Source: an uncultured Nitrospiraceae bacterium
Lineage (GTDB): Bacteria; Hydrogenedentota; Hydrogenedentia; Hydrogenedentales; SLHB01
Direction of reading: 5' to 3'
DNA length: 64,000 nucleotides
NCBI GenBank assembly: GCA_964587655.1
Contig: CAZPMT010000010.1
Location: 16,506 to 80,505 of the forward strand
Below, piece after piece: positions 36,520 to 49,822 of the stretch (positions are counted from its first letter, which is position 1; each line of letters opens with the position of its first letter). The translations under genes and the position numbers were made by a program. The notes beneath the pieces were generated by a model, which worked only from the letters and a program-made list of their open reading frames with translations, did not search any database and was not told the DNA's origin.

Positions 36520-38361
36520 TTACTTCTTCGGCGGCACGTCCGTGTAGATGCCGTCAACCATCCAGGACAGTTGGCCTTCCAGGAATTCCTTGCCGACTTT
36601 GTCGATCAGGTTGTCATGGCTGCGGTCCCACACGAGGCTGTAGTTGGTTTCGATGCGGCGGCGGGCAATTCTGCAGAACAGGTCAACCACGTCATTGATG
36701 GTGTTGTTGCTGGGATCCTGTGCCAGGAGAGCTTCGGCGCGAGAGAGACTGGCGGTCATTGCGTAAAGGTCCGTGCCGACGTCCACGAAGCGGGCCAGGA
36801 TGAGGGTCTTGCGCTCAAGCTTGGGACCGTACACGGCCATCGGGTAGAAAATCCGCCGCGACAGGCGCTTGCAGCCGCGCGCTACGTAGGCGAGGTGGGC
36901 GCGATTCTTCGCGGAGAGGTACTTGACGTTGCCCGGGGCGAAGGCCGGGAGGATCGTCGTCGGCAGCCATGTGGCATAGAAGAAGGCCGCCTTGAAGACC
37001 AAGGAGATCTTCTGCCCAATCGGCGTCTTCGGGTTCGCGATCGCCACGACCTTGCTCATATGCATGTCGGTGGCTTCGCGGGCGATGATGAGCTGCATGA
37101 TCTCGCTTGTGCCTTCGAGGATACGCGACACGCGGCAATCACGCATGTTCCGCTCGCATATGACCGGCTCTTCGCCGCGGTTCCGGAGCGAGTCAAAGGA
37201 TTCATAGCCGCGTCCGCTGCGGACCTGCATGAAATCGTCGCCGACGCGCCACCCGGCTTCCGTCGCGAAGTACTTGGCCATAGCGGCTTCGAGCCGGATA
37301 TCGACGCCGCCCTTGTCGGCCAGCGCGCAGGCGAGCCAATTGATGCTCTCTATCGCGAAGGTCTCCGCGGCCATACGCGAGGTCATGTTCGCCACGGCTT
37401 GGTGCTTCCCGATGGGGAAGCCCCACTGAATGCGGACGTTGCACCACTTGTGCCCGTAGAAGAGCCCCTGTTTCGCAGTAGCCCCGGCAAGGGCGGGAAC
37501 CGTCAGGCGGCCAGTGTTCAACGTCATCAAGGCGATCTTGAGGCCGTCACCGGTTTTCCCCAGGATATTTTCCGCCGGGACCTTCATGTCCTTGAAACGA
37601 AGCAGTCCGTTCGATATGCCATGAAGACCCATGAACCGGCAGCGGCTGGCGACCTCGAACCCCTTCGCGGTCTCCGGGTCCTTGCGGTCGACCACGAACG
37701 CGGTGATCTGCGGACGCTCTTTGCCCTTGATCACGGCGGCCGGCGTCTGCGCCATCACGATAAGGATATCGGCATCGGGACCGTTCGTGATCCAAAGCTT
37801 CTCGCCGTTGATCAGGTAGAACTTGCCATCCTCGGTCGGCGTGGCGCGCGTTTTCATATGCGCGGGGTCGGAACCTGCGTCCGGCTCCGTAAGGGCAAAC
37901 GCGGATATCTCGCCGGCGGCGAGGCGCGGGAGCCACTTCTTCTTCTGTTCCTCGGTCCCCACCATTTTCAGCGGCTGCGGTACGCCGATGCTCTGGTGAG
38001 CGGACAACCAGGTGGCCGTGCTCTGGCAATAGGTGCCTATGTAAGCTACAAGGCGGCTGTAGTTCGTCTGAGAAAGGCCGAGCCCCCCATACTCCTTGCC
38101 GATCTTCAGTCCAAAGAAACCGGCTTCCCCCATGGCCTTGAGCGCTTCCTTGGGATACTCGTAGGTCTGGTCGACCTTGTCGGGATCGAGGGTCCGTTCG
38201 AGGACCTCCTTCGCCTTCTTCATCATCTCGTCGCCGATCTTCTTGTCTTCGGGGTCCTGAATCGGAAATGGATGCACCAAGTCCCAGCGGAAGTTGCCTC
38301 TGAACATTTCCGCAATAAAACTTGGGTATTTCCACTCCTTCTCACGCGCCACTTCGGCCAT
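36520..38361 (-). CDS. Long-form acyl-CoA dehydrogenase (about 610 aa)
   Basis: AGGAG SD. ACAD N-terminal, middle and C-terminal domains (TEPDAGSDPA, GGLGLSQ), plus a C-terminal extension as in VLCAD/ACAD9-type enzymes. Confidence 0.85.
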   Translation of the reverse strand: MAEVAREKEWKYPSFIAEMFRGNFRWDLVHPFPIQDPEDKKIGDEMMKKAKEVLERTLDPDKVDQTYEYPKEALKAMGEAGFFGLKIGKEYGGLGLSQTNYSRLVAYIGTYCQSTATWLSAHQSIGVPQPLKMVGTEEQKKKWLPRLAAGEISAFALTEPDAGSDPAHMKTRATPTEDGKFYLINGEKLWITNGPDADILIVMAQTPAAVIKGKERPQITAFVVDRKDPETAKGFEVASRCRFMGLHGISNGLLRFKDMKVPAENILGKTGDGLKIALMTLNTGRLTVPALAGATAKQGLFYGHKWCNVRIQWGFPIGKHQAVANMTSRMAAETFAIESINWLACALADKGGVDIRLEAAMAKYFATEAGWRVGDDFMQVRSGRGYESFDSLRNRGEEPVICERNMRDCRVSRILEGTSEIMQLIIAREATDMHMSKVVAIANPKTPIGQKISLVFKAAFFYATWLPTTILPAFAPGNVKYLSAKNRAHLAYVARGCKRLSRRIFYPMAVYGPKLERKTLILARFVDVGTDLYAMTASLSRAEALLAQDPSNNTINDVVDLFCRIARRRIETNYSLVWDRSHDNLIDKVGKEFLEGQLSWMVDGIYTDVPPKK

Positions 38362-38535
38362 ACCCCTCGACTCCTGTCTTTCTTTGTTGGCTACTCGCAT
38401 AGCATCACCCTCTTTTCCCGCGTCTTGTTACATCAACAACACCTACTTGAACGCCCAAAGTCTAGTGCGTCTACCCGACGAAGTCAAAACGAACTGCGCT
38501 AAAGGCTAAAGCCGCGCGAACGGCAAAAAGGCCGT

Positions 38536-40095
38536 TTAGGCGCCGGATGCTCCCGCAGATCCACCTTGCGCCATCTCACGAAGTTTTCGCTTCAACAGTT
38601 TTCCCGTTGGCCCCTTCGGAAGGACCGGTAGAATGACCACGTCCCTGGGGACTTTGTAGCGCGCCATCCGTTCCTGGCAGTAGGCCCGGATCTCTTCGGG
38701 CTTCGTGTCCGCGTCACTACGGAGCGCCACGTAGGCCCTCACTTCCTCGCCGCGGGCCTCGTCCGCCACGCCGATGACGCATACCTCGACGACGTCCGGG
38801 TGCCCATAGATAACTTCTTCGATCTCTCTGGGGTAAATGTTCATGCCGCCGCGTATGATCAGATCCTTCTTGCGGTCGACGATGAAGAAGTAACCGTCTT
38901 CATCCATCTTGGCCAGGTCGCCGGTGTGGAACCAGCCGTCGACAACGACCGATTCGGTGGCGCCGGGCTTCTTGTAATAGCCCTTCATAACGTTGTGGCC
39001 GCGGACGACGATCTCACCGACCTCGCCCACGGGCGCAAAGGAGCCGTCTTCGCGCATGAGTTTCATTTGGCAGCCCCAGATGGGGGTTCCGATGGAGCCC
39101 GCTCTGCTGGGTTTGTCGGGCATATTAAACGAGGCGATTGGACTCGTTTCGGTAAGTCCGTATCCCTCGAGGATCCGCACGCCGAACCTCTTCTCGAACT
39201 TGTCGAGGACCTCGACGGGTAGGGCCGAACCGCCCGATACCGTCACACGAAGCGAGGATAGATCGTAGACATCGGCGTCTTCGTAGTTGAGCATCCAGAA
39301 GAACATCGTGGGGACGGCCGCGAGGAAGGTAACCTTGTCCCGCTGGATGATCTCGAAGGTCTTCTTGGTGTCAAACTGGGGCATCATGGTCAGGGTCATG
39401 CCCGCCAACAAGCCCGCATTCATCACACAGGTTTGCCCGAAAGAATGGAACAGCGGCAACACGACAAGACCGACGTCTTCCGGAAAGCCCTTCACGATAT
39501 GGTCCTTCGCGTAGAAGGCGTTGAAGAAGACGTTGAAATGCGTGAGCTCGGCCCCCTTTGGCGTGCCCGTGGTGCCGGAGGTATAGAGGATGACGGCGGT
39601 GTCCTCGGGCATGGTTTGCACCATGTCGAACTCGCTGGGCGCGGCAAGGAGCAGCGGCATGAGGAGTTCACCGACGGGCGGCGGCTCCATGTCCATGATA
39701 GTGCTCACGACAAGGAGGTGATGGCACGTTTCGGTTTGAAGGAACGCCTTGCCGGATTCTTCGAGGAAGCCCTTCCAGGTGAAAAAGACCTCCGCATCGG
39801 AGTCCTCGAGCTGGTACTGGATCTCGGAACTCTTGAGCAAGCAGTTGATCGGAACGACAGTGGCGCCGCAGTTGAGAATACCGTAATAGATGATGGGAAA
39901 GTGCGGCGTGTTGGGAATCATGAGCGCGACCTTGTCGCCCTTCCCAATGCCGCGCTCTCTGAGGATGTTCGCAACCTTCCTGGCGGAGATCAACAACTCC
40001 GTGTAAGTCATGCGGAGATCGTCGAGGATCAAGGCTGTCTTGTTAGGATACTCTTGCGCACTTGCATCGAGAAAAAAGGCGAGGTTTAGACTCAT
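38536..40095 (-). CDS. Long-chain-fatty-acid--CoA ligase (AMP-binding family)
   Basis: GGAGAG SD. AMP-binding motif YTSGTTGTPKGA and motif II GYGLTE. Confidence 0.85.
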   Translation of the reverse strand: MSLNLAFFLDASAQEYPNKTALILDDLRMTYTELLISARKVANILRERGIGKGDKVALMIPNTPHFPIIYYGILNCGATVVPINCLLKSSEIQYQLEDSDAEVFFTWKGFLEESGKAFLQTETCHHLLVVSTIMDMEPPPVGELLMPLLLAAPSEFDMVQTMPEDTAVILYTSGTTGTPKGAELTHFNVFFNAFYAKDHIVKGFPEDVGLVVLPLFHSFGQTCVMNAGLLAGMTLTMMPQFDTKKTFEIIQRDKVTFLAAVPTMFFWMLNYEDADVYDLSSLRVTVSGGSALPVEVLDKFEKRFGVRILEGYGLTETSPIASFNMPDKPSRAGSIGTPIWGCQMKLMREDGSFAPVGEVGEIVVRGHNVMKGYYKKPGATESVVVDGWFHTGDLAKMDEDGYFFIVDRKKDLIIRGGMNIYPREIEEVIYGHPDVVEVCVIGVADEARGEEVRAYVALRSDADTKPEEIRAYCQERMARYKVPRDVVILPVLPKGPTGKLLKRKLREMAQGGSAGASGA

Positions 40096-40340
40096 TGCTC
40101 ATCTCTCCAATCTTGATTGGTATTCTACACGGGAAAGGTTGTTCCAACCACGAATTGAATTACCGCGGACACGCGCGGGGAAAAGACGGTGACATCCCGT
40201 ATTGCCCCGGCAGCAGGCCACTTCTCCGCCACTTCAACTCCCTCCAGACATTAGGGCTTCTACCACTATTGGCCCACGGGATGCAAATTTCCAGAAAGGG
40301 CCTAACCATGAGGTCCGAGACTCTCCGTCCGGTCGTTCCG

Positions 40341-41445
40341 TCATTCCCCCAGAGAGCGCCAATCCATGTTGAAGGCATCGGCGACGGCCTTGTATGTGAT
40401 CTTGCCGTGATAGAGATTGAGGCCCTTTCGCAGGGCGGGAACCTCCTCCATGGCCTGTTCGATGCCTTTGTCCGCGATAGCCAGGCCGTAGCCGAGCGTC
40501 ACATTTGTCAGCGCATAGGTGGCGGTGCGCGGGACGGCGCCGGGCATGTTTGCCACGCAGTAATGGACGACGCCGTTGACGTGGTAGATCGGATCATGGT
40601 GGCTGGTGGGCCTCGAGGTCTCGCAACAACCGCCTTGGTCTATAGCGATGTCCACAATAGGAGATCCCGGTTTCATCCGCTTGACGAGGTCCTTGGATAT
40701 CAGGCGCGGCGCGCGCGCCTGGGATCAGAACGGAGCCTATGACCAAGTCCGCCTGCGTCACCTCATCGGCAATGGTGGCGGTGTTCGACATGATCGTCGT
40801 CACGCCGCGGCCCATGACGTCGTGCAGATAGCGAAGCCGTTCAGTATTCACATCAAGCACCGTCACGTGGGCGCCGATGCCTGCCGCCACCTGGCAGGCG
40901 TTGCCGCCGGATACCCCGGCGCCGAGGATCACGACCTTGCCGGGCTTTACGCCGGACACGCCGCTGAGAAGTATGCCGCAGCCTTTGGAGGCTGCCTCGA
41001 GGCAGAAGGCCCCTTTCTGAATCGAGAGGCGCCCCGCCACTTCGCTCATCGGCACGAGGAGAGGCAGTGCGCCGTCGGCGGTTTGGATGGTCTCATACGC
41101 CATCCCAACGATCTTCTTCTCGACGAGTGCGCGCGTCAGCGCCTCATTCGATGCGAGATGAAGATACGTGTAGATGATCTGTCCCGGCTGCATCCACTTG
41201 ATCTCGTCGCCGAGGGGCTCTTTGACTTTCATGACCATGCCGGCGCGTTCCCAGACCGACTTGGCCTGCTTGACGATCTTCGCGCCCGCGGCGCGATAGG
41301 CCGCATCCGGAATTCCGCTGCCGAGACCGGCCCCACGCTCCACCAGCACCGCGTGTCCGTGGGCAATGAATGCCGACACCCCTGACGGCACTATCGCTAC
41401 CCGCCCTTCATCCTGCTTAATCTCTCGAGGCACGCCGACTATCAT
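40341..41445 (-). pseudogene. ald: Alanine dehydrogenase interrupted by a +1/-1 frameshift near 40680-40700
   Basis: The N-terminal 283-aa ORF (MIVGVPREIK...VLIPGARAAP) and the C-terminal 111-aa ORF (MKPGSPIVDIAIDQGGCCETS...) together cover a full Ald. The frame change sits in the GC-repeat tract GGCGCGCGCGCCGCGCC. Reading +1 after GARA restores LISKDLVKRMKPGS. Confidence 0.7.
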
Positions 41446-41529
41446 CTTTGCTCTCCCTGCTGCTGACCGGCGCCCACCGGGTTCCTACAACCTTCCGCGT
41501 TCATAGAGGAAAGCGGCCTATGCATTTCT

Positions 41530-42105
41530 CTACCGCGCTGCGATGGCTTCCGCGGCCTGTTTGACGATCTTTGCCACGGCGCGGCTCATGGCTGAGGGAA
41601 GCGCGGCAGGCTCGTTGCGTTCGAGGGGTTCGCTTTCCGTCAGCGTGGCCGCCCAGACGGCCTGGGGCTGCTGAGTATCGCGAAGTTCTAGGCGCACCTC
41701 ACACTCGGCCTTCCACGGATCCGTGGTGCGGACAACGTCGAACTTGCGGAGCTCGCCAGTGAGAACGAGGTCGGGAAGGGCAAGGTCCTCCGCGTTCCCA
41801 ACGTCCTTGAAGTGATGCGTGGCCAAGATCGCATCGGTCAGGATGCGGGTGACGACGTCGGCGGGCAGTTCCGCCCATTCGACGGAACTGTATTCTCCGA
41901 GCACGAAGCCGCTCTCCCTGTACACGACTTTCTGCTTGTAGGGACGCGCCGCGACGAGCGGACGAATGCCGAGCGTCTTGTCCGGAGGCTGCTGCGCCGC
42001 TGCAACCTGGACGTCCGATTCGAGCACGTACTTCGTGGGCGGGCTATACGACGTTGCGCAGCCGATCGCGATCACCGCGATGAGAGGAATTCCGTAACGC
42101 ATCAT
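41530..42105 (-). CDS. ABC-type transport auxiliary lipoprotein (PF03886-like)
   Basis: Lipobox AIGCA. Positioned after the MCE-protein gene, as in Mce/Mla operons. 4-nt overlap with the upstream gene. Confidence 0.55.
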   Translation of the reverse strand: MMRYGIPLIAVIAIGCATSYSPPTKYVLESDVQVAAAQQPPDKTLGIRPLVAARPYKQKVVYRESGFVLGEYSSVEWAELPADVVTRILTDAILATHHFKDVGNAEDLALPDLVLTGELRKFDVVRTTDPWKAECEVRLELRDTQQPQAVWAATLTESEPLERNEPAALPSAMSRAVAKIVKQAAEAIAAR

Positions 42106-43070
42106 TTTTCTCCCTTTGGTTTGCCTTTGCCGCGGATCAGCGCGGAGGGATCCTGTTGCAGGTATTGGACCAGTTCGCGGACGGCCTCGAGGGAGGCGTT
42201 CAACGTGCGCAGGCTCTCGCGCAGATTGTACTCGACATTGTCGGCCTCGTGCAGGGCGCGCCGCGACACGGTATCGATGGCCCCGGCCGTTTCCTGCAAG
42301 CGCTTCGACATCGCCGAGATGTCCTTCAAGGTTTGATTGGCATTGTCACCGAGCTCGCCGACCTGTAGTTCTTCGACCTTCTTAGTTACGGTCTTGACGG
42401 CTTCATCGGTATCCTTCAGCAGCTTCTTCACGTCTTTCGTCAGGTCGTGGAAATCGTCGAGACTGGCTTTTGCCTCGCCCTGGAGGTCGCCGAGGGTAGT
42501 GTTGGCCTTATCGAGGAATTCCTGGCCCCGCAAGATGAGACCGTCGATATCGTCCAGGAGCAAGGCGAGATCGCCTTCCTCCATACCGGTCATGCTGCTC
42601 TTTATGGTCTCGAGGATCGTATTGGTCTTGTCGAGGAACATCTCGATCTGGCTGCTGAACGACTTGACGAGGGAAGGCTTGGAGTGAATCTCACAGCCAG
42701 GAGGAAGAACCGGTCCGCTCGGGTCCCCACCCTGGAGCGAAATGCACATGGTGCCGGTTGCGAGACTGTACATCACAAGCTGGGCGGTGACGCCCTGATG
42801 CAGTTTCACCTTGTTGGCGAGGATCAGTAGATCACAGTGGGCCTTATTGGTCGGCGTCACATAGATGTTGCTCACTTTTCCGACGGTAACGCCCATGTAC
42901 ACGACGAGGCCGTCGGAGGCCAAACCGAGCACGGACTCATCGAACTCGACCCAGTACGGGTTTTTCGCCTCGTACTGAAAACCCGATATGAGCGTGAGGC
43001 CGCCGGCGATGAGCAACACGCATATGATAACGAACAGTCCCACCTTGATTTTCTGCGCGTGCGTTGCCAA
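42102..43070 (-). CDS. MCE-family substrate-binding protein (MlaD-like) with a long C-terminal coiled-coil region
   Basis: N-terminal TM helix, MCE domain (VGKVSNIYVTPTNKAHCDLLI), then low-complexity helical repeats. Confidence 0.75.
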   Translation of the reverse strand: MATHAQKIKVGLFVIICVLLIAGGLTLISGFQYEAKNPYWVEFDESVLGLASDGLVVYMGVTVGKVSNIYVTPTNKAHCDLLILANKVKLHQGVTAQLVMYSLATGTMCISLQGGDPSGPVLPPGCEIHSKPSLVKSFSSQIEMFLDKTNTILETIKSSMTGMEEGDLALLLDDIDGLILRGQEFLDKANTTLGDLQGEAKASLDDFHDLTKDVKKLLKDTDEAVKTVTKKVEELQVGELGDNANQTLKDISAMSKRLQETAGAIDTVSRRALHEADNVEYNLRESLRTLNASLEAVRELVQYLQQDPSALIRGKGKPKGEK

Positions 43071-43169
43071 GGCTCAATCTCCCGTTGTTCCGGCTACGCC
43101 GGACTTCTTCTCATCGCGGACCCGCGGTCTTCGTCCCACGATGCCGTTTCCCGGCGCGGGTTCGCTGCA

Positions 43170-43934
43170 TCAAATATTGCGTTGCATGATGAAATCATCG
43201 GCACGCCTTTCGAAGAATTGACGGACCCGGGGTACCGTCGTACTCTCGGCTTCCTCGATCGTGCCCGTGAAAATGGCGCTGCCCCGATCGAGCATGATGA
43301 CCCGGTCGGCGACTTTACGGATCGAATCAAGCTCGTGCGTAACGATGACGAACGTAATCCCGAGTAACTTTCGCAAGTTGAGGATGAGGTCGTCAAGTCC
43401 CGAGGCCATAATGGGGTCCAGCCCGGAAGAGGGCTCGTCGAAGTAGACCACGGGCGGATCGAGCGCGATGGCCCTTGCGAGACCCGCCCGCTTGCGCATC
43501 CCGCCGGAGAGTTCGTCCGGCATAAGATGCTGCGCGGCGGCAAGCCCCACCAGGCTGAGCTTCAGCCGGACTATCGAATCGATGAGATTCTCGTCCATCT
43601 CGCCATACTCGCGCAGGGGCAGCGCCACGTTGTCGCCGACGGTCATCGAGTTGAACAGGCCGCTCGACTGAAACGCGATGCCGATGTTGCGCTGCATCTT
43701 GGACAACTCATCCTCGTCCATCCCCGCGATGTCGCTGCCCAGGAAGAGGATGCGCCCGGACGTGGGCTGCAACAGGCCGGTGAGGTGTTTGAGGAGCGTT
43801 GTCTTTCCACATCCACTGCCGCCGATGATAACAAAGATCTCGCCCTTCGTTATCCGGCACGAGACGTGATCTAGCACCAGCGTCTCGCCGTAATGCGTGA
43901 CCAGATCCTGCACTTCGATAATCGTATCGTTCAT
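43170..43934 (-). CDS. ABC transporter ATP-binding protein (MlaF-like)
   Basis: Walker A GGSGCGKTT, signature LSGGMRKR, Walker B VVYFDEP. Confidence 0.85.
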   Translation of the reverse strand: MNDTIIEVQDLVTHYGETLVLDHVSCRITKGEIFVIIGGSGCGKTTLLKHLTGLLQPTSGRILFLGSDIAGMDEDELSKMQRNIGIAFQSSGLFNSMTVGDNVALPLREYGEMDENLIDSIVRLKLSLVGLAAAQHLMPDELSGGMRKRAGLARAIALDPPVVYFDEPSSGLDPIMASGLDDLILNLRKLLGITFVIVTHELDSIRKVADRVIMLDRGSAIFTGTIEEAESTTVPRVRQFFERRADDFIMQRNI

Positions 43935-43946
43935 TTTCGCTTGCTC

Positions 43947-47365
<3,419 letters not shown>

Positions 47366-47510
47366 CTATCGGCAGGGTATATTGGCAGAGAAGAATCGAA
47401 ACAGCACTGGAGACATGCGACTCGGCGCGCCGCACGGGAAATGACATTCAAGACCACCCGGAGAACGGGTGGAATGAGGAAGGCCCCATAAAGGGGCCAG
47501 GCACTTTTTT

Positions 47511-47640
47511 CGTGCTCGTGCTCGTGCTCGTGCTCGTAATCGTAATCGAAGACACGAATGATCAGAGTCATACAGCAGAGATCAGCGGATATTTCATTTG
47601 CTCGATTACGATTACGATTACGAGCACGAGCACGAGCACG
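47511..47640. repeat. Palindromic hexanucleotide repeat array: (CGTGCT)4(CGTAAT)2 - 52-bp centre - (ATTACG)3(AGCACG)3
   Basis: The two 36-39-bp arms are near reverse complements and could form a long hairpin or cruciform. Intergenic, between ligA and the hydrolase gene. Confidence 0.8.
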
Positions 47641-47855
47641 AAAGCTGCGCTGGAACGGCAGAGCCTTATGAGTTCTCACCGGCAAAGCCGGTGGATCAGC
47701 TTTGATTCAGCTTGAAGTCCGCGAGGCGATGTATCTACCATGCCCGTTGTGCCGGATATGACGTTACGTGAGACGCGCTGACAGCATAGATTGAGATTGC
47801 ACAGGGCCTTCTGAGATGCTAGCATGCCCGTGTTGACGTGGGAGAGAAAGGTCAA

Positions 47856-48824
47856 ATGGTAAACCTTGCCAAAGTGAGCAGCCTGCCGGGCTGGCCCGCC
47901 GTCAGAAGCCAGATCGAGTCTGCCGTGCTGTCCGTGTTGGGACCGATCGCGACCAAAGATCGCGTCGAGTTGCAAACCAAGACGGTGGATGAACTGTCTT
48001 TTCCCGGTCACGTGCGACGGCGCGTCAACTACTTCGTGGACGAGTGCGAACGCGTTTCGGCGTGGCTTTTTGTGCCGGAGCGCAAGGACGAGATGCCGGC
48101 CATTCTCTGTTGCCACTCCGCGTGCCCGCAGGGCAAGGACGAAACGGCTGGCCTCGAGGGAGAGCCGCTGCTGGCGCTGGCGCAGCGCTATGCCGAGCTG
48201 GGTTATGTGACGATTGCCCCCGACTGCATCACCGCGGGCGACCGGATTTCGTCCGGGCTTGCCCCTTATGACACAAAGTCGTTCTACAAGGACTACCCGA
48301 AGATGTCCGCCATGGGCAAGATGCTGTCCGATCATATTTACGCGATGGACGTTCTCTGCGAGATCAAGTGTGTGGACAGCGCGCGCATGGGCGTCATCGG
48401 ACACGGCCTCGGCGCATCGAACGCGCTGTTTCTGGCGGCGTTTGACGAGCGCATCCAGGCATGCGTCGCCAGTTGCGGGTTCACGCGATTCGCGAACGAC
48501 AAGAATCCCGAGCGGTGGGTCGAGGACAACGGGTTCGTTCTTTTCCCGCAGTTGCGCGAGGCCGTCAAGAGCCGCAGCTTCCCATTCGACTGGGAACATA
48601 TCCTCGCATTGCTTTCCCCGAGCCCCACACTTGTGATCACAGCCCTCAATGACTTGATGCACTCCAATGCCAAGAGTTGCGAGAAGGCCGTGCAACTCGC
48701 GAGCGCGGTATACAAGCTCCTGGGCGCCCCCGAGGCCCTGAGCTATTTCACGCACGACGGCGGACACCGCATGACGCCGGAAGGTATCGAAGTAGCCGAC
48801 GAATGGTTTGAACGGTGGCTCTAA
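47856..48824 (+). CDS. Alpha/beta-hydrolase fold esterase (dienelactone-hydrolase/acetylxylan-esterase-like)
   Basis: GGGAGAGAAAGG SD, then ATG 47856. Nucleophile-elbow-like GHGLG, and catalytic His near the C-terminus (HDGGH). Confidence 0.6.
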   Translation: MVNLAKVSSLPGWPAVRSQIESAVLSVLGPIATKDRVELQTKTVDELSFPGHVRRRVNYFVDECERVSAWLFVPERKDEMPAILCCHSACPQGKDETAGLEGEPLLALAQRYAELGYVTIAPDCITAGDRISSGLAPYDTKSFYKDYPKMSAMGKMLSDHIYAMDVLCEIKCVDSARMGVIGHGLGASNALFLAAFDERIQACVASCGFTRFANDKNPERWVEDNGFVLFPQLREAVKSRSFPFDWEHILALLSPSPTLVITALNDLMHSNAKSCEKAVQLASAVYKLLGAPEALSYFTHDGGHRMTPEGIEVADEWFERWL

Positions 48825-48845
48825 CCCGCTGACGTGAGGATTTGG

Positions 48846-49793
48846 ATGGACTCAAGAACCTCGGAGAAGATCAAACGTCTTATCGACAACATCGAGCAGG
48901 TCATCTTCGGCAAGCGCGACGTCGTGAAACTGTGCGTGACGGGGCTGCTGGCGCGAGGCCATATCCTGATCGAGGACGTCCCCGGCATCGGCAAGACGAC
49001 GTTGGCGCAGGGATTGGCGAGATCGATCGCGTGTTCTTTCACGCGCATCCAGTTCACAAGCGATATGCTTCCGTCGGACATTATCGGCGTCTCGATCCTG
49101 AATCCGAAAACGAGTGAATTCGAATTCCGTCAGGGGCCGATCTTCGCCAACGTCGTCCTGGCAGACGAAGTGAACCGCACGCCGCCGAAAACCCAGAGCG
49201 CGCTCCTGGAAGCGATGAGCGAGTGCAGCGTTTCGGTGGACGGCGTGTCGCGGCGGGTGCCGCAGCCGTTCGTTGTCCTGGCCACGCAGAACCCCATCGA
49301 ATACGAGGGCACGTATACGCTTCCCGAGTCGCAACTGGATCGCTTCATGCTCCGCCTCGAAATCGGATACCCGCCGTCCGCCGACGAGATCCGCATCATG
49401 CGGCGGCGCGACCCGATCCAGGCGCTCGAAAGACTTCAGCCCGCGCTGACCGCCGCCGAGGTAATCGAACTGCAGGGCGCCGTGGGACAGGTCATGGTCG
49501 ACGACAGCGTGGCGCACTACATGCTTTCGATCGTCCATGGGACCCGGCAGAACGAGCACATTCAACTTGGAGCGAGCCCGCGCGCTTCGCTTGCGCTGTA
49601 TGAGGCATGCCAGGCGCGCGCGCTTGTCGAGGGACGCGATTTCGTGACACCCGGCGACGTGAAGCAGATGGCGGTGGCGGTTCTTTCGCACCGTCTGCTT
49701 GTGAAATCCCGCGGAGGCAATCTCGTCGCCGCCGCGCGCGAACGCGCCCAAACCCTCGCGGAAGTGGTCAACAGCATCCCGATTCCCGTGTGA
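48846..49793 (+). CDS. MoxR-family AAA+ ATPase
   Basis: GAGGA SD. Walker A GVPGIGKT, Walker B LLADEVNR, C-terminal AAA lid. Confidence 0.85.
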   Translation: MDSRTSEKIKRLIDNIEQVIFGKRDVVKLCVTGLLARGHILIEDVPGIGKTTLAQGLARSIACSFTRIQFTSDMLPSDIIGVSILNPKTSEFEFRQGPIFANVVLADEVNRTPPKTQSALLEAMSECSVSVDGVSRRVPQPFVVLATQNPIEYEGTYTLPESQLDRFMLRLEIGYPPSADEIRIMRRRDPIQALERLQPALTAAEVIELQGAVGQVMVDDSVAHYMLSIVHGTRQNEHIQLGASPRASLALYEACQARALVEGRDFVTPGDVKQMAVAVLSHRLLVKSRGGNLVAAARERAQTLAEVVNSIPIPV

Positions 49794-49822
49794 TCCCAAC
49801 GGCCGGCGAGCAGGTACGCTCG

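Noticed and set aside
47511-47640. Possible CRISPR array
   Set aside because: Repeat units are 6 bp and contiguous, with no spacers of unique sequence and no cas genes. It is a simple-sequence palindromic array, not CRISPR.
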